From an uncultured Gemmatimonadales bacterium (lineage in GTDB: Bacteria; Gemmatimonadota; Gemmatimonadetes; Gemmatimonadales; GWC2-71-9), in contig CAVVKJ010000019.1 of NCBI GenBank assembly GCA_963748815.1, positions 49,907 through 113,906 of the forward strand: a stretch of 64,000 nucleotides of DNA, read 5' to 3'. Below the pieces are notes generated by a model. The model searched no databases. It was not told where the DNA came from and saw nothing but the letters and a program-made list of their open reading frames with translations. A program made the position numbers and the translations under genes. Positions 10,328 through 20,226 of the stretch are shown piece after piece; within the stretch, counting starts at the first letter, position 1; the number at the start of each line of letters is the position of its first letter.

Positions 10328-10854
10328 AGACCCTCCCCAGTATTGATGAGCCGATCGGCGAGTTCGACCAGCCGACTCACCAACTTCGTCTCGTGGTGTG
10401 ACAACGGGCTTCGAACGTGCATCTCGATGTTGGGGGTGAGGGATATCCGCTCCCAGGAGTCGCGGGAGCGTTGGGAAGGGGTGGCGACCGTCCGCTGCGG
10501 GGTCCGTTCCGCGCGGAAGAAGGGGGTTTCGCGTTCGGCGCCCATCCGGATGGAGCGGGCGTAGTCGGCGGCGGATTTGCGGCGCTGCTGAACCTCGGCG
10601 AGGGTCCTGGCCACCTCGGCGTCGTCCATCGGGGCCAGCCGGTCCTGGATCTCGGCCAAGGTCAGGCGCTCCTTTTGGAGGGCCCGGATGAGCTCGAGGC
10701 GCTGGACATCGGAGTCGCCGTAGAGGACCTTGACCCCGCGGAGGCCGGGGGAGTCCATCAGCCCTTCGTTCTGGTAAAACCTTATGGTACGGACACTTAG
10801 ACCGGTGGCGGCGGCGAGATCCTGGATGGAGAGGTCGTCGGAGTTGAGGAGCAT
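10324..10854 (-). CDS. MerR-family HTH regulator
   Basis: LSIQDLAAATGLSVRTIRFYQNEGL; ATGA overlap with vWA. Confidence 0.85.
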   Translation of the reverse strand: MLLNSDDLSIQDLAAATGLSVRTIRFYQNEGLMDSPGLRGVKVLYGDSDVQRLELIRALQKERLTLAEIQDRLAPMDDAEVARTLAEVQQRRKSAADYARSIRMGAERETPFFRAERTPQRTVATPSQRSRDSWERISLTPNIEMHVRSPLSHHETKLVSRLVELADRLINTGEGL

Positions 10855-10861
10855 GGCAGTA

Positions 10862-10890
10862 AATGTACAGTTTGACTGTTATACTGTCAA
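10862..10890 (-). promoter_or_regulatory. Sigma70 promoter with overlapping inverted-repeat operator; likely leaderless merR mRNA
   Basis: TTGACA-N17-TACATT, then 7 nt to ATG; palindrome TTGAC-N9-GTCAA at 10872-10890. Confidence 0.75.
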
Positions 10891-11009
10891 TACCCATGGT
10901 CCCTGGAGTTGATGTCTCCGGCCGCTCGTCCAAGCCACTTGTGTTCCGTCCTTTCCGTGACAGACTTTGAAACGCTGATCATCCCACCACCAAGAGCGAG
11001 AGGGAAGCG

Positions 11010-11605
11010 ATGGAACAGAACCCAATCCATTTCGAGCCCTGGAAGGCGAGTTGTTCAAGAGTGGCGAAGGCCAGCTCGGCTCCAAACGGCTCCTAGTCCT
11101 CGGCGAGGCGCATTACTCCGACCATCCTGAGGATGAGACCCCGGAGCTCACGTGCAACCTGCTTCAGACCATCACTGATGGGACCAGGTCGATCGCGTAT
11201 TTCACAAAGCTCGAGCACCTGCTCGCCGGTTGCCAGAACGGTGACGGAAGACGCCGTGTCGGGCTTCAATGGGGTTCTACACTTTGACAGGGACTCGTCG
11301 CGAAGGCGCGAAGACGCGAAGACGCGAAGAGGGGGCTCACACGAAGGCGCATTTGCGGTGTGCTGGCAGAATTGAAACCTCAACGAGTCCTCGTCACCGG
11401 CGTCGAACTCTGGAACGCACTGAGCCATGGACTCTTTCCGGGCTGGACGTCCAGATCAATGACGCCGGGATTCGACGGCCCGATTTACGAATGGAGTTCG
11501 GTGGACCACCAGCCACAGGTCTGCGCCACCTGGATCAGCCACCCATCCTCCGGCTCATCCGCCTACGAGAAGTGGACCGAGCGGATTGACACGCTCATGG
11601 AGTAG
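11010..11605 (+). pseudogene. Uracil-DNA-glycosylase-like protein, disrupted (frameshifts plus family-A repeat at 11298-11350)
   Basis: FEPW.G, LLVLGEAHY, LKPQRVLVTG, ISHPSS. Confidence 0.6.
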
Positions 11606-11623
11606 GCAATCAGCGAACCCTGC

Positions 11624-11645
11624 TGTCACACCCCCATGCGATTGT
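11624..11645 (+). promoter_or_regulatory. PafBC-type promoter motif
   Basis: TGTCAC-ACCCCCATGC-GATTGT upstream of the ATG at 11679. Confidence 0.55.
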
Positions 11646-11678
11646 TCGGGTCAACCGTACCACCAACCCGAGCGTGCA

Positions 11679-12089
11679 ATGGACTACCCGTCGAACCCAC
11701 TAACTCTCTTTCCTCCTGCAATCCATGAGCTGCTCGACCGGCAATGCAAGTCCTGGAAGCCACACCACGCCGCACTTGTTGTTGTCTTTCGTGTATGGCA
11801 ACTCGGTGCAGCGCTTCGGTGGAACGTGGCGCCTCCTCCCTGTTCTACGGATTGGTGCGACTCGAATTGGCGTGTGAGCTCCGACCGACTTGGCTGGCTG
11901 GCCGAAGGCAGGGAGTACGTCCGTCGGAGTTCGGGCCTCACTTCATCAGCCTCGTGGCGGGGTGGAGTTGGGCCGGCCGGAACACGTTCCTCATCGGGGG
12001 TTTCCGCCTGCCGCATCGTACACGCCTCAAGCGGCGGTACCGCGGAGTCTCCGCATGCTGAGCGGGCAATCCAGCGCCGCGCAGCGTGA
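11679..12089 (+). pseudogene. Degenerate/frameshifted hypothetical gene
   Basis: ATG after the promoter motif; coding signal switches frames, no family recognised. Confidence 0.3.
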
Positions 12090-12308
12090 ATTTCCGACAG
12101 TGTTCGCGGCTTCGCGCGAAGAGGGAACGGTCACCTTCTGGAAGGCGCGCGCGGCCAAGTGCGCGTGCCCCCGGTGTCGGAGCATGAAGTCATCCTGGAA
12201 CCGGGTCTCAAGAAGTCGCTGCTCGACTGGCTGGACCATTTCTGGAATCAGCAGTCAGCGGCTCGGAACTGGGCCTGACGCCGAGGGGACCCCGCTCGGC
12301 CACACCCA

Positions 12309-12787
12309 TCATCTCCGTGTAGCCAGCCGGAATAGGTCCAGTCCCGGCCTTCCCGGACGGGATGGCCATCTGTATGTCGCCACCACCTCAGGGCGGCAAG
12401 CCGATTGCTTCAGCCGATGCTCGGCCTCTCGCGCCAGCTCGGCGAACCGCTGCACGAGGACTTGTCGGCGAGCACCCGGGCGGTGTGTGGCGCGCATCCG
12501 TCCAATGTGAAGTAATTGTTCTCGGCGTCCCCCGTTGTGTATCGGGCGGCTCGCGCCAAGGGATCGTGATCCAGTCGCACCGTTGTCGTGGAGGATGTAC
12601 AGGGCAAGCCAGCGGGTAGGACGCCGCGTCTGTTCGCCGGAAGAACAGGCCGCTCGGTGCGTTCGCGGAGACGATCCGAAGGCCGCTGGTAGCCGCGCTT
12701 GTGCAGTTCGTGCACCATCTGGAGGACGCGCACTGCCCGGCGGACAATGGGCTCAGGCGAGCGGACGCTCGGCTTGGGAGTAGCCAT
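12309..12787 (-). pseudogene. Frameshifted hypothetical gene (RVLQMVHELHKRGYQRLRI)
   Basis: Protein-like N-terminus continuing in other frames (ARYTTGDAENNYF; RFAELA). Confidence 0.45.
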
Positions 12788-13564
12788 CTAGAATGCCCTT
12801 TCTGCGGCTTGGAGGCAGCAGGAGATGGAGCACGCGCATTGAATGGCCAAGGCGAGCATCCTACGCCAGGCCACCATCTCCATGCGAAGTCGGTACTCGT
12901 CGCGAGGAGGATTCTCGGGGAAGCAGACCGCGTCGCCTCGGCGGATTCGCCTGGCAGTCCAGAGGCCAGCGAACGCATTGAGGATGTCATCCGCCTCACA
13001 GCCGAGGTCTTGGCGTGCGGTGAGGGCGGCATCGATAGCTCCCCCAAACTCCGTCCGAAGGAGTCCCGCCCGTCTTGCCTGACCTTCTGGTGAACGCTTC
13101 TTCGCGACAATCGGCTCGCCCCCCGCCAGGTGAAAGAAGCAGAGCTCGGGATGGACTTCGCGCACATGACCCCGGAGGGAGGGGTCACCCCGCATCAGAT
13201 CGTCGACCTCACGAATCTTCGGGAGGATTGCCCAGGCCTGTTTCGACAGGGCCCGACCCTCGATGCGGCGCCCGATGGCACAGGCGTCCGAATAGGTGGA
13301 TGCCGTGAGCATCGGCCGGATCGGGGCCGTGAACACTGAACGACCTCTCGGCTGTCCGAGCAGTTGGCGCGCCGCGATGTCGCACTCGCGGCTGCCAGAC
13401 GACATCAGCCCTATCGGGATATCAAGCGCCAGAAGTTCCGGCGGGTTCGGTGAATCAAGAAGAGCCCGGACCGACGGCACGACCTCCCAGGAGATTCGCC
13501 CGTCCGCACTCTCGCGGATCACGGCCCAGCCGCCCTTGCACCCGTCCGCTCCGGCAATGATCAC
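12788..13564 (-). CDS. DUF429 family predicted RNase H-fold nuclease
   Basis: IAGADGCKGGW, LDIPIGL, RECDIAAR, REVHPE, DDILNA. Confidence 0.85.
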   Translation of the reverse strand: MIIAGADGCKGGWAVIRESADGRISWEVVPSVRALLDSPNPPELLALDIPIGLMSSGSRECDIAARQLLGQPRGRSVFTAPIRPMLTASTYSDACAIGRRIEGRALSKQAWAILPKIREVDDLMRGDPSLRGHVREVHPELCFFHLAGGEPIVAKKRSPEGQARRAGLLRTEFGGAIDAALTARQDLGCEADDILNAFAGLWTARRIRRGDAVCFPENPPRDEYRLRMEMVAWRRMLALAIQCACSISCCLQAAERAF

Positions 13565-13592
13565 GAGGCGGCACCACCTTCTCAACGGAGAA

Positions 13593-14754
13593 TCAGCCAC
13601 GCTTCACCTGACACTTCGCCAACTCTACCAGCACCCCGTGACACCCGATCCCCACAATCTGCACACGCCAACGCTGGGCCACCGTCCGCGGGACCCGGGC
13701 GGCGTGCGAGCCGGGGTTCCGGTCCTTCGCCAAGGCGTCGAGAATGGGGGGCAGCTGCGTCGCGTACCACCCGCCGTTCTCCAGCCGCTTCCCCAGGAAT
13801 TGCGCCCGCTCACGGTCCCCGCCGATCACGCGCGCAAGCTGCCCAAGCGACAGCGAGCCGCTCCGGGCCAAGTCCTCCGTCGAGCCATCGATGTTCGCCA
13901 GCCGGATCGCCTCCGGCGCGTCTTGCAACGCACAGAGAAGGATCCGGTTCACCTGTACTTCGACGGCCTTGGCCAACGGCCCCATCGACGCCTGAAAGTC
14001 GAAGGCGTCATCCTCCCGATGATCGCGGAACACCTTCTCCCCGGTCGCGACAAACGTCCGGGCAACCGGATTCGAGGGCCTGCCACGCGGCGTCCCCGAG
14101 GAGATTCTCGCGAAGCTCCCGCTGCATCAGGCCCGTCCCCCCCGATTCCGCGTCAAATTCCGCCCAATACCGCCCCTCCGCGAGGGGCGCGTAGGCCGCC
14201 TCGTCGAAGTACCGATGGCCATCGGGCCGGATCACCACCAGCGGCAAGTCGACCATTCCTCCGTAGAGGGAAACGGGACGGTCGTGGTAGTGGACATTCC
14301 GGAGATGACGAACCTCCTCGACGACGGAAAGGGTGTCGTCGAGCACGAGTCGTCGGATGTCACGAAGCCTGAACCAGCAGTCGCACCGGAGATCATCCTC
14401 GCGGTAGTACACGGGCAGGTGGTCCGGATCGACGCTGGCAACGTCCTCGAAGGTGATCTCGTCCACGTCCGCCACATAGAGCGAACGGTAGTCGGTCAGG
14501 TACAGCTGCAATTCGCGGGTCTGGTCCTGGCGCAACTCCTCCGCCATCCGCTTCAGGTCGTCGCCGTGCGCCATTCCCTGCTGCCGGTTTTCGGACCGAA
14601 TCTTTCCCCACCAGACGTACACGTCGTCGTCGTCGGACTTGCGCTCTCTCCAGGCCTGGATCCGTGACAACAGGATGCCCAGGTGCGCCTCCATCGCATT
14701 CGACGCATAGGCCGGATTCCAGACACCGAGGAGATGCTGAACGGGAGGGTTCAC
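13593..14754 (-). CDS. HP0729-like protein with a C-terminal HEPN-like RxxxxH motif, one frameshift near 14060
   Basis: QHLLGVWNPAY...EAHL...WWGKIRS, LYLTDYRSLYV; C-terminal KAVE...RNPGSH. Confidence 0.55.
13622..13643 (-). promoter_or_regulatory. PafBC-type promoter motif inside the 3' end of the upstream gene, about 58 bp before DUF429
   Basis: TGTCAC-GGGGTGCTGG-TAGAGT. Confidence 0.5.
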
Positions 14755-15032
14755 GGGGCCGCCGTTGGGGTGGGTGGGAGGTGCCGGGCTCAAGATGTGG
14801 GTACCTCCGGGAGGGCACAACCGGCCGTGGGCTCAGCCGGGGGGAAGCACAAGATGAATGCGAGAGAATTGCCGGTATTCCTCAACATTGCACGAATAGT
14901 TGGCAAAAACGCCAAAAAGCAGCGGTTTCCACGGCTTTTTGCTCATTTCTTGCTCGACATTCCCACAATTGCCTACTGCCGGGACGCACCGGCTCGCACC
15001 CAGACACACCCGGACGAGAGTACTGACGCCCC

Positions 15033-15066
15033 TGTCACGCCCCCACCCTACCTTGGGACTCTGACA
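15033..15066. promoter_or_regulatory. Overlapping bidirectional PafBC-type promoter motifs
   Basis: + strand TGTCAC-N10-TACCTT (15033-15054); - strand TGTCAG-N10-TAGGGT (15066-15045). Confidence 0.7.
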
Positions 15067-15102
15067 ATTGTACCTCAAGCAGGATAGCTCCGGGGAACCT
15101 CA

Positions 15103-15387
15103 ACGCCACAGCACCCCCGCCGTGAGCAGATCATCGGCAGGTTCCACACGGTCGAGGAGCTGATGAATCTCCCCCAGGCCGCCCCGGTCAAGCTCTCGAT
15201 GGGCAGGGAGGAATTGTTCGAACTGCAGGCCATGAACATCGAGATCCACCAGGCCAACCAGATGGAGTGTGCTCCGGAGGATGCCCGTCAGAACGCGATC
15301 CTCACGGAGCGGCGGCAGCTGGGGATCGACTGGCTGAGCCAGCGGGTGGAGGATAGCTTGAGGAGAAGTCGGCGCAGGCGACCCTGA
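15103..15387 (+). CDS. Hypothetical protein, paralog 2 (start codon appears as ACG)
   Basis: GRFHTVEELMNLP...NIE...EDARQ aligns to ORF 8594; context ggggaacctca-ACG-CCA mirrors gagggaacccg-ATG-CCT. Confidence 0.55.
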   Translation, partial: TPQHPRREQIIGRFHTVEELMNLPQAAPVKLSMGREELFELQAMNIEIHQANQMECAPEDARQNAILTERRQLGIDWLSQRVEDSLRRSRRRRP

Positions 15388-15404
15388 TGCATTTCCGGAG
15401 CCCC

Positions 15405-15503
15405 ATGGAACAGCCACAACTCGCCTGGATTGCCAACTTCATCTGGGGCATCGCGGACGATAGTCGAGCGGTGGGGGGATTGTCGGCGGAGAGTATCGAT
15501 TGA
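15405..15503 (+). pseudogene. hsdM: 5' stub of a type I R-M methyltransferase (first ~19 codons), then unrelated sequence
   Basis: MEQPQLAWIANFIWGIADD is a typical HsdM N-terminus; similarity stops at 15461. Confidence 0.7.
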
Positions 15504-18500
15504 GTCACATTTCTCTCAACGCAGTCGTCAAGAGCGACCTGCAAGAGATTGTGCTGAGGATCGTTAGGCTCCGGGATGAGCCGAGTGACCTTCAGGCGCG
15601 CCTCCTCGGGCTTCGTCAGCAGTTTGAGCGGGCCATTCGACTTCTCGTTCTTGATCCAACGAGGGCATTCCCCGATCACTTCGAGCGCCTCTGCTACGTT
15701 TCGCAAAAGCACTCGCTCTCGACAGATCTCGTTACCCAGCTGCAGCGGACTCGAATCAGGCTCAACAAGATCGTCCATGAGGTTAGTGCGAATCCGAGTG
15801 AACAAGACGTTTCCGAAACCGCGGCCGTGTTGCTCGCCCTGCTCCACGTGTTCGGACTCGCCCCAACGCCAGCACGAACAGCTCCACCACCACCTCCCAC
15901 CACGCAACTCGCTCCGCCGGCTCTTCCTCGCACAAGGATCCGGCCGGCCGAGGGAACTACCCCATCGCCGCCGTCGATCGGCGTCACTGGACGAGAAAGC
16001 GTCCCTGTCTCAACCACGCCTCCAACTGTTGGCGGACGGACAGCTGTCGCATTCGCGCGAGTCTTCGTCCTGGAGGTGGGTACTGCAGGCAAAGAGGGCC
16101 ACAAGAGCCTCCGCTGCAGACACGAAGACTTTGACGACCTTCTCACGGTCGAGCTACACATCCCGTGGGCCGATACTGATGTGGTGTCCTTCTCAACGCT
16201 TGCGTTGCACACAGTAGAGCAGGTGTCGCCATTGCTCTGGCGCACCACCGCCGAGAGTTTCGTTGTTCTGGAACCGGACGTACTTGTGCAGGCTACCGAC
16301 ATCGCGACCTGTTTCCAATCGAGCCCTCCCAGCCACCTCCTCTATGTCTCCTCGCTGCTGAACTCGGTGCAACAAACCCGCCCGATGGCACAGGGCATCG
16401 TCGCCAATACCACCTTCAACATGCTCCTTGCTGAGAACGATGGTACGCCTCCGGAGTCTCTTCTCGCTCGGGCATGTGATGCTCACGCTGAGGCACTTGG
16501 CAGCTTACCGGGCGAGGTGGATGCCGATGTCCGACGCGCCATCCGCACGGACCACCTCGAGGCCCTGACTGAGATCGCGGCACGGCTTCGCAAGCATCAC
16601 ATTACGGTCGAGCCGGCTCTATTCACATCTCAGTTTGGTTTGCAGGGCCGCCCCGACGTCCTTGTTGAGCGCGATCAGTCATCCAGCTACGTGGTGGACT
16701 TGAAGACCGGGAAGCCCCCGAGAGAAGATGCGGACCCGGAATGGCCGGCGATGGAAGGCGTGAGAGGCTCCTACGCCAAGGAGGCTGCCCAGTTGGTGTG
16801 TTACGACCTTCTGCTGGCCGGTCGAGGTCCCACTGGGCCAACGCATTATCTCTTCTACTCGGCAGCTGGCGCCAAAGCCGGGGTGCGGGCTATTCACGTC
16901 ACGTACGAAGCGCGGCGTGATGTCATCCGAGCACGTAATCGCATCATCGCGGCTGAGCGGACAGTGCTGCTGCCCCCATCTGCCGAGACCGCCTCGCTGA
17001 CTATGGCGGGACTGCCGCCGAGACTCCCGCCCTACGCCCGGGAGTCTCTCTGTTGGCTGTGGCTCGTTACCGAGCCATCTGTAGTCCCGACGCTCCACGT
17101 ACGGACACCTTTGTCGGCGACCAGGTGCGTTCGGTCATGCAGCAGACGTGGCGCGCACGACTGGGAGGGGGCACGCAGTATGAAGGATCTGGTTTTGCCT
17201 CCCTCTGGCGTGAGCGTGACCTGATCCTCAAAGCGGCAAGTTTGGGCGTGCTGGCGTTTCTTCGCTACGCAAGAATGGAAACGGTGGACAGAAGACAGCT
17301 CTATCATTTCACGCTCGACGCATCGAAAAGCCAACCCTTTATCACTGCTGAACTTCGCAAAGACGAGCCGATCGTCCTGTACCCTCACCTGGATCGCTAC
17401 GTCGACCATTGAACGGCCCGATCATTAAGGGTCGACTGAAGCTCGTCGAGCTTGGTGCCGCCGAGCCGCGGGTTGTAGTGGAGTGTTACAGCGCCACCGC
17501 CGAGGCGCTACTTCCGCGGCACGCACATTGGGCTATTGAGCGCGACTATCTCGAGTCGAGCGGCCGCGCCGCATTTCCGGGGCTCGCCCGGCTGCTGTCC
17601 ATCGATCCCAATCGGTTGTCCCTCCTTCTCGGTGACCGAGCTCCCCTAGGCCCAGCGCCGACACTCGCCTCGACAACCACCGGTGCAGGGACCACGCTTC
17701 AACAGATCGCCGTCGCTGCCGCCGAGTCCCAAGAGTATTTCCTGAATTCAAGGCCCACCCGGAACGGGAAAGACGAGCACGTTACTCCCAGCCATCGTCA
17801 AGCTTGTGCTTGATGAGCGACGCACACCGGTGCTACTCCTCGCCGATGAGTAATCGAGCTGTGGACGAGATGCGGGCGGCAATGAGCAGGCATCATTTCG
17901 TGCTTGATCCTTTCCGTGAGGATCGGCTGAGCGCGCCGGAATCGCCAAGCGCACCCGGTGGGGCCAGTATTGTCTTTCGAGAACGATTGGCAAAGACCGA
18001 GGTGTACGCCATGACGGTTGCCCAGGCGCAGAAGCGCCATGCTTGGCTGGAGGCGATGGCGTTTGACACCGTAGTCGTGGACGAGGCCTCGCAGTTGCTC
18101 GACAGCCAGTTACGGGGGATCCTCAGCACCGCAACACGATTTGTGCTGATTGGCGATCAGCGACAGTTGCCACCTATCCAGCCCGCTGTGGCGGATGCTG
18201 ATGGTGAGTCCGAGGGTGGCGAGGTCAAGCCTTCGACATTTGAGCGCTTGCTGGACAAGATGCACTAGCGAGCGGGTGGGACTACGCGTATGGCATGCTC
18301 GAAGAGCAGTGGCGCATGCACGAAGAGATCCAGGCGTTTCCAAGCGCAGCCTGCTATGGGGGGCGGCTCCGCATCGGTCAGCCAGTGAGGCAGCGTGCCA
18401 GAGAGTGGGTGCGGTTGAGGCCATGGGCAGACAGCACCCGTAGGGACCCTATTCGCCCACCGCGTGGCGTTCGTGTCGGTCCCGGATGATCATGCACAGG

Positions 18501-18970
18501 AGGTACGGTCAAACTACCGTGAAGTGGAAGTCATCGGTCGTGTAATCGACGAGCTTTGTAGTGAGCTGGGCATCACTCCTGGCTCCATGCCGCAAGCCGC
18601 TGATGCTACTCTTGGCGTAATTGCGCCATTTCGAGCCCAGGTAGCTGCCATCAGCCGTCGCCTTCATGAATGGCGGCACTGGGTGAAGGTGGATACCGTG
18701 GAGCGCTTTCAGGGGAGCGAACGCGATGTCATGGTGATCTCCATGACAGCTGACAATGCGCAGGAGCGGACGATGGCCCAGAGTATGTCCGCGGACGGCC
18801 TCATTGATCGGAAGCTGAACGTCGCCATCACGCGTGCCAGAGAACATTTGATCGTCGTTGGGCACGAACCGACCATGGCAGGTGGGGCATTCACGGCGCA
18901 GTTCTTGGAGCATGTGAGACAGTATGGGACGTTTGTGACCGCCAAGGAGCTTGGCCTCAATGGCGGATGA
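15500..18970 (+). CDS. Dna2-like PD-(D/E)XK nuclease plus SF1 (Upf1/DNA2-NAM7) helicase, multiple frameshifts
   Basis: VLEPD, GLQGRPD...VDLKTG; QGPPGTGKTS (~17748), VVVDEASQ, GDQRQLPP, QWRMHEEI, DTVERFQGSER, NVAITRAR. Confidence 0.85.
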
Positions 18971-19322
18971 TATGCTGGTGGCATTCGTGGCGGGGTTACG
19001 CCGGCAACTCCTGGATAGCCCCAAGGGCTTCAGTGATCCAGCGGACCGAGCGAGCAGGCCGCTCAAAGGTTGGTGGAGCGAATACTTCGATGAACAGGAC
19101 TCGGACGGACTGCTACTGGAATTGGCTAGCCGTGGAGAGACTTTGTCGATGGTCTTGTACCGCGTGGCAGAAGCTCACCTGCGCAACGGTCGCGTTCTGG
19201 GCACTACGGAACGGCCACTGTCGTGTGAGTACGAACAACTGGGAGTAGGCGTTGGTAGATACTGCTCGCGAGCGGTGCGGGCGTGCCTGCAGCGCGAGCT
19301 TGGAGTTGTAGAACCTCAATAG
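18960..19322 (+). CDS. Hypothetical protein
   Basis: Overlaps the helicase stop; open frame of about 120 aa. Confidence 0.5.
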   Translation: MADDMLVAFVAGLRRQLLDSPKGFSDPADRASRPLKGWWSEYFDEQDSDGLLLELASRGETLSMVLYRVAEAHLRNGRVLGTTERPLSCEYEQLGVGVGRYCSRAVRACLQRELGVVEPQ

Positions 19323-19501
19323 AGGCCGCGACCCCAGCACACAGACTCCACGACCGTACTCGAAGTGGAAGGAATTCCTAGCGGGTCACTGGTGGCCGCA
19401 CCACCGGGGCGGCCCACACGCCACCTATCCGCGTCCACTGATGTCATGCCTGATGTGGGGACCTCTATGCCTAGGGGACCCACCGACCCCGGCGAGATCT
19501 C

Positions 19502-20182
19502 CTACGCCATGAACCGCTGATCACCCCGGGCCCAACCCGTATATAGCCGGGTCACGCCGAGTGTGGCCAACGGCACGACGGAGCCTGGCTCGGCATCCGC
19601 ACCGAAGAGCTTCAGGAATGCCGCAAAGTCCGAGTAACCTGCATCCTGTGTGCTGAACGAGTGAACGAGCAGAATGGCCAGGGGCGCATGGTAGCGATGA
19701 GCTGCCAACACTGCCGATGCCGCCCGGTGAAATAGCTGGTAGCGCAGGGTAGGATCCTGGTCTTCGTCCAAGCCGAGCGTGGCGCAGAGGAAGCTCCAGC
19801 GGACTTGTTTCCCGTTCGATGCGTCTTTCCGCCACTCGCCTAACGTGGGCCCAAACGTCTCAGCGACTTTCCCCTCGACCGCCATGGCAAAGGCGCCGCC
19901 CTGCGCTCGGCCCAAAACCATAACATCGGTCTGCGATGGCCGATCGCCTCCTGGGAGGGCCGTCTCATACTCCGGGACAGCGAGATATGGAGCAGGGTTC
20001 GAGAGGGCACCGTCTGGCGCGGATCCAAGGGCAGCGGAAACTTCAGGCGGTAGGCCATCCGCCGCCTCCCAGCATAGCGCCAACGCCTTCGCGGAATACC
20101 CGGTCTTCCAGTGTTTCTCGGGGTCGGCCAGGTATGGCTTCCAGTCGTCAGGTCCAACGGTGCATGCGAGGATTCTCGACAT
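19502..20182 (-). CDS. DUF6946-like predicted PD-(D/E)XK nuclease
   Basis: LADPEKHWKTGYSAKALA, SQTD, VEGKV.E.FG, RYQLFHR. Confidence 0.7.
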   Translation of the reverse strand: MSRILACTVGPDDWKPYLADPEKHWKTGYSAKALALCWEAADGLPPEVSAALGSAPDGALSNPAPYLAVPEYETALPGGDRPSQTDVMVLGRAQGGAFAMAVEGKVAETFGPTLGEWRKDASNGKQVRWSFLCATLGLDEDQDPTLRYQLFHRAASAVLAAHRYHAPLAILLVHSFSTQDAGYSDFAAFLKLFGADAEPGSVVPLATLGVTRLYTGWARGDQRFMA

Positions 20183-20226
20183 ATCTGCCCCTGGTGAAAG
20201 TCACATGCGACGACCCGATCGACTAC

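Noticed and set aside
16600..16950. Cas4/CRISPR adaptation gene
   Set aside because: The nuclease motifs are part of a helicase fusion; no cas1/cas2 or array
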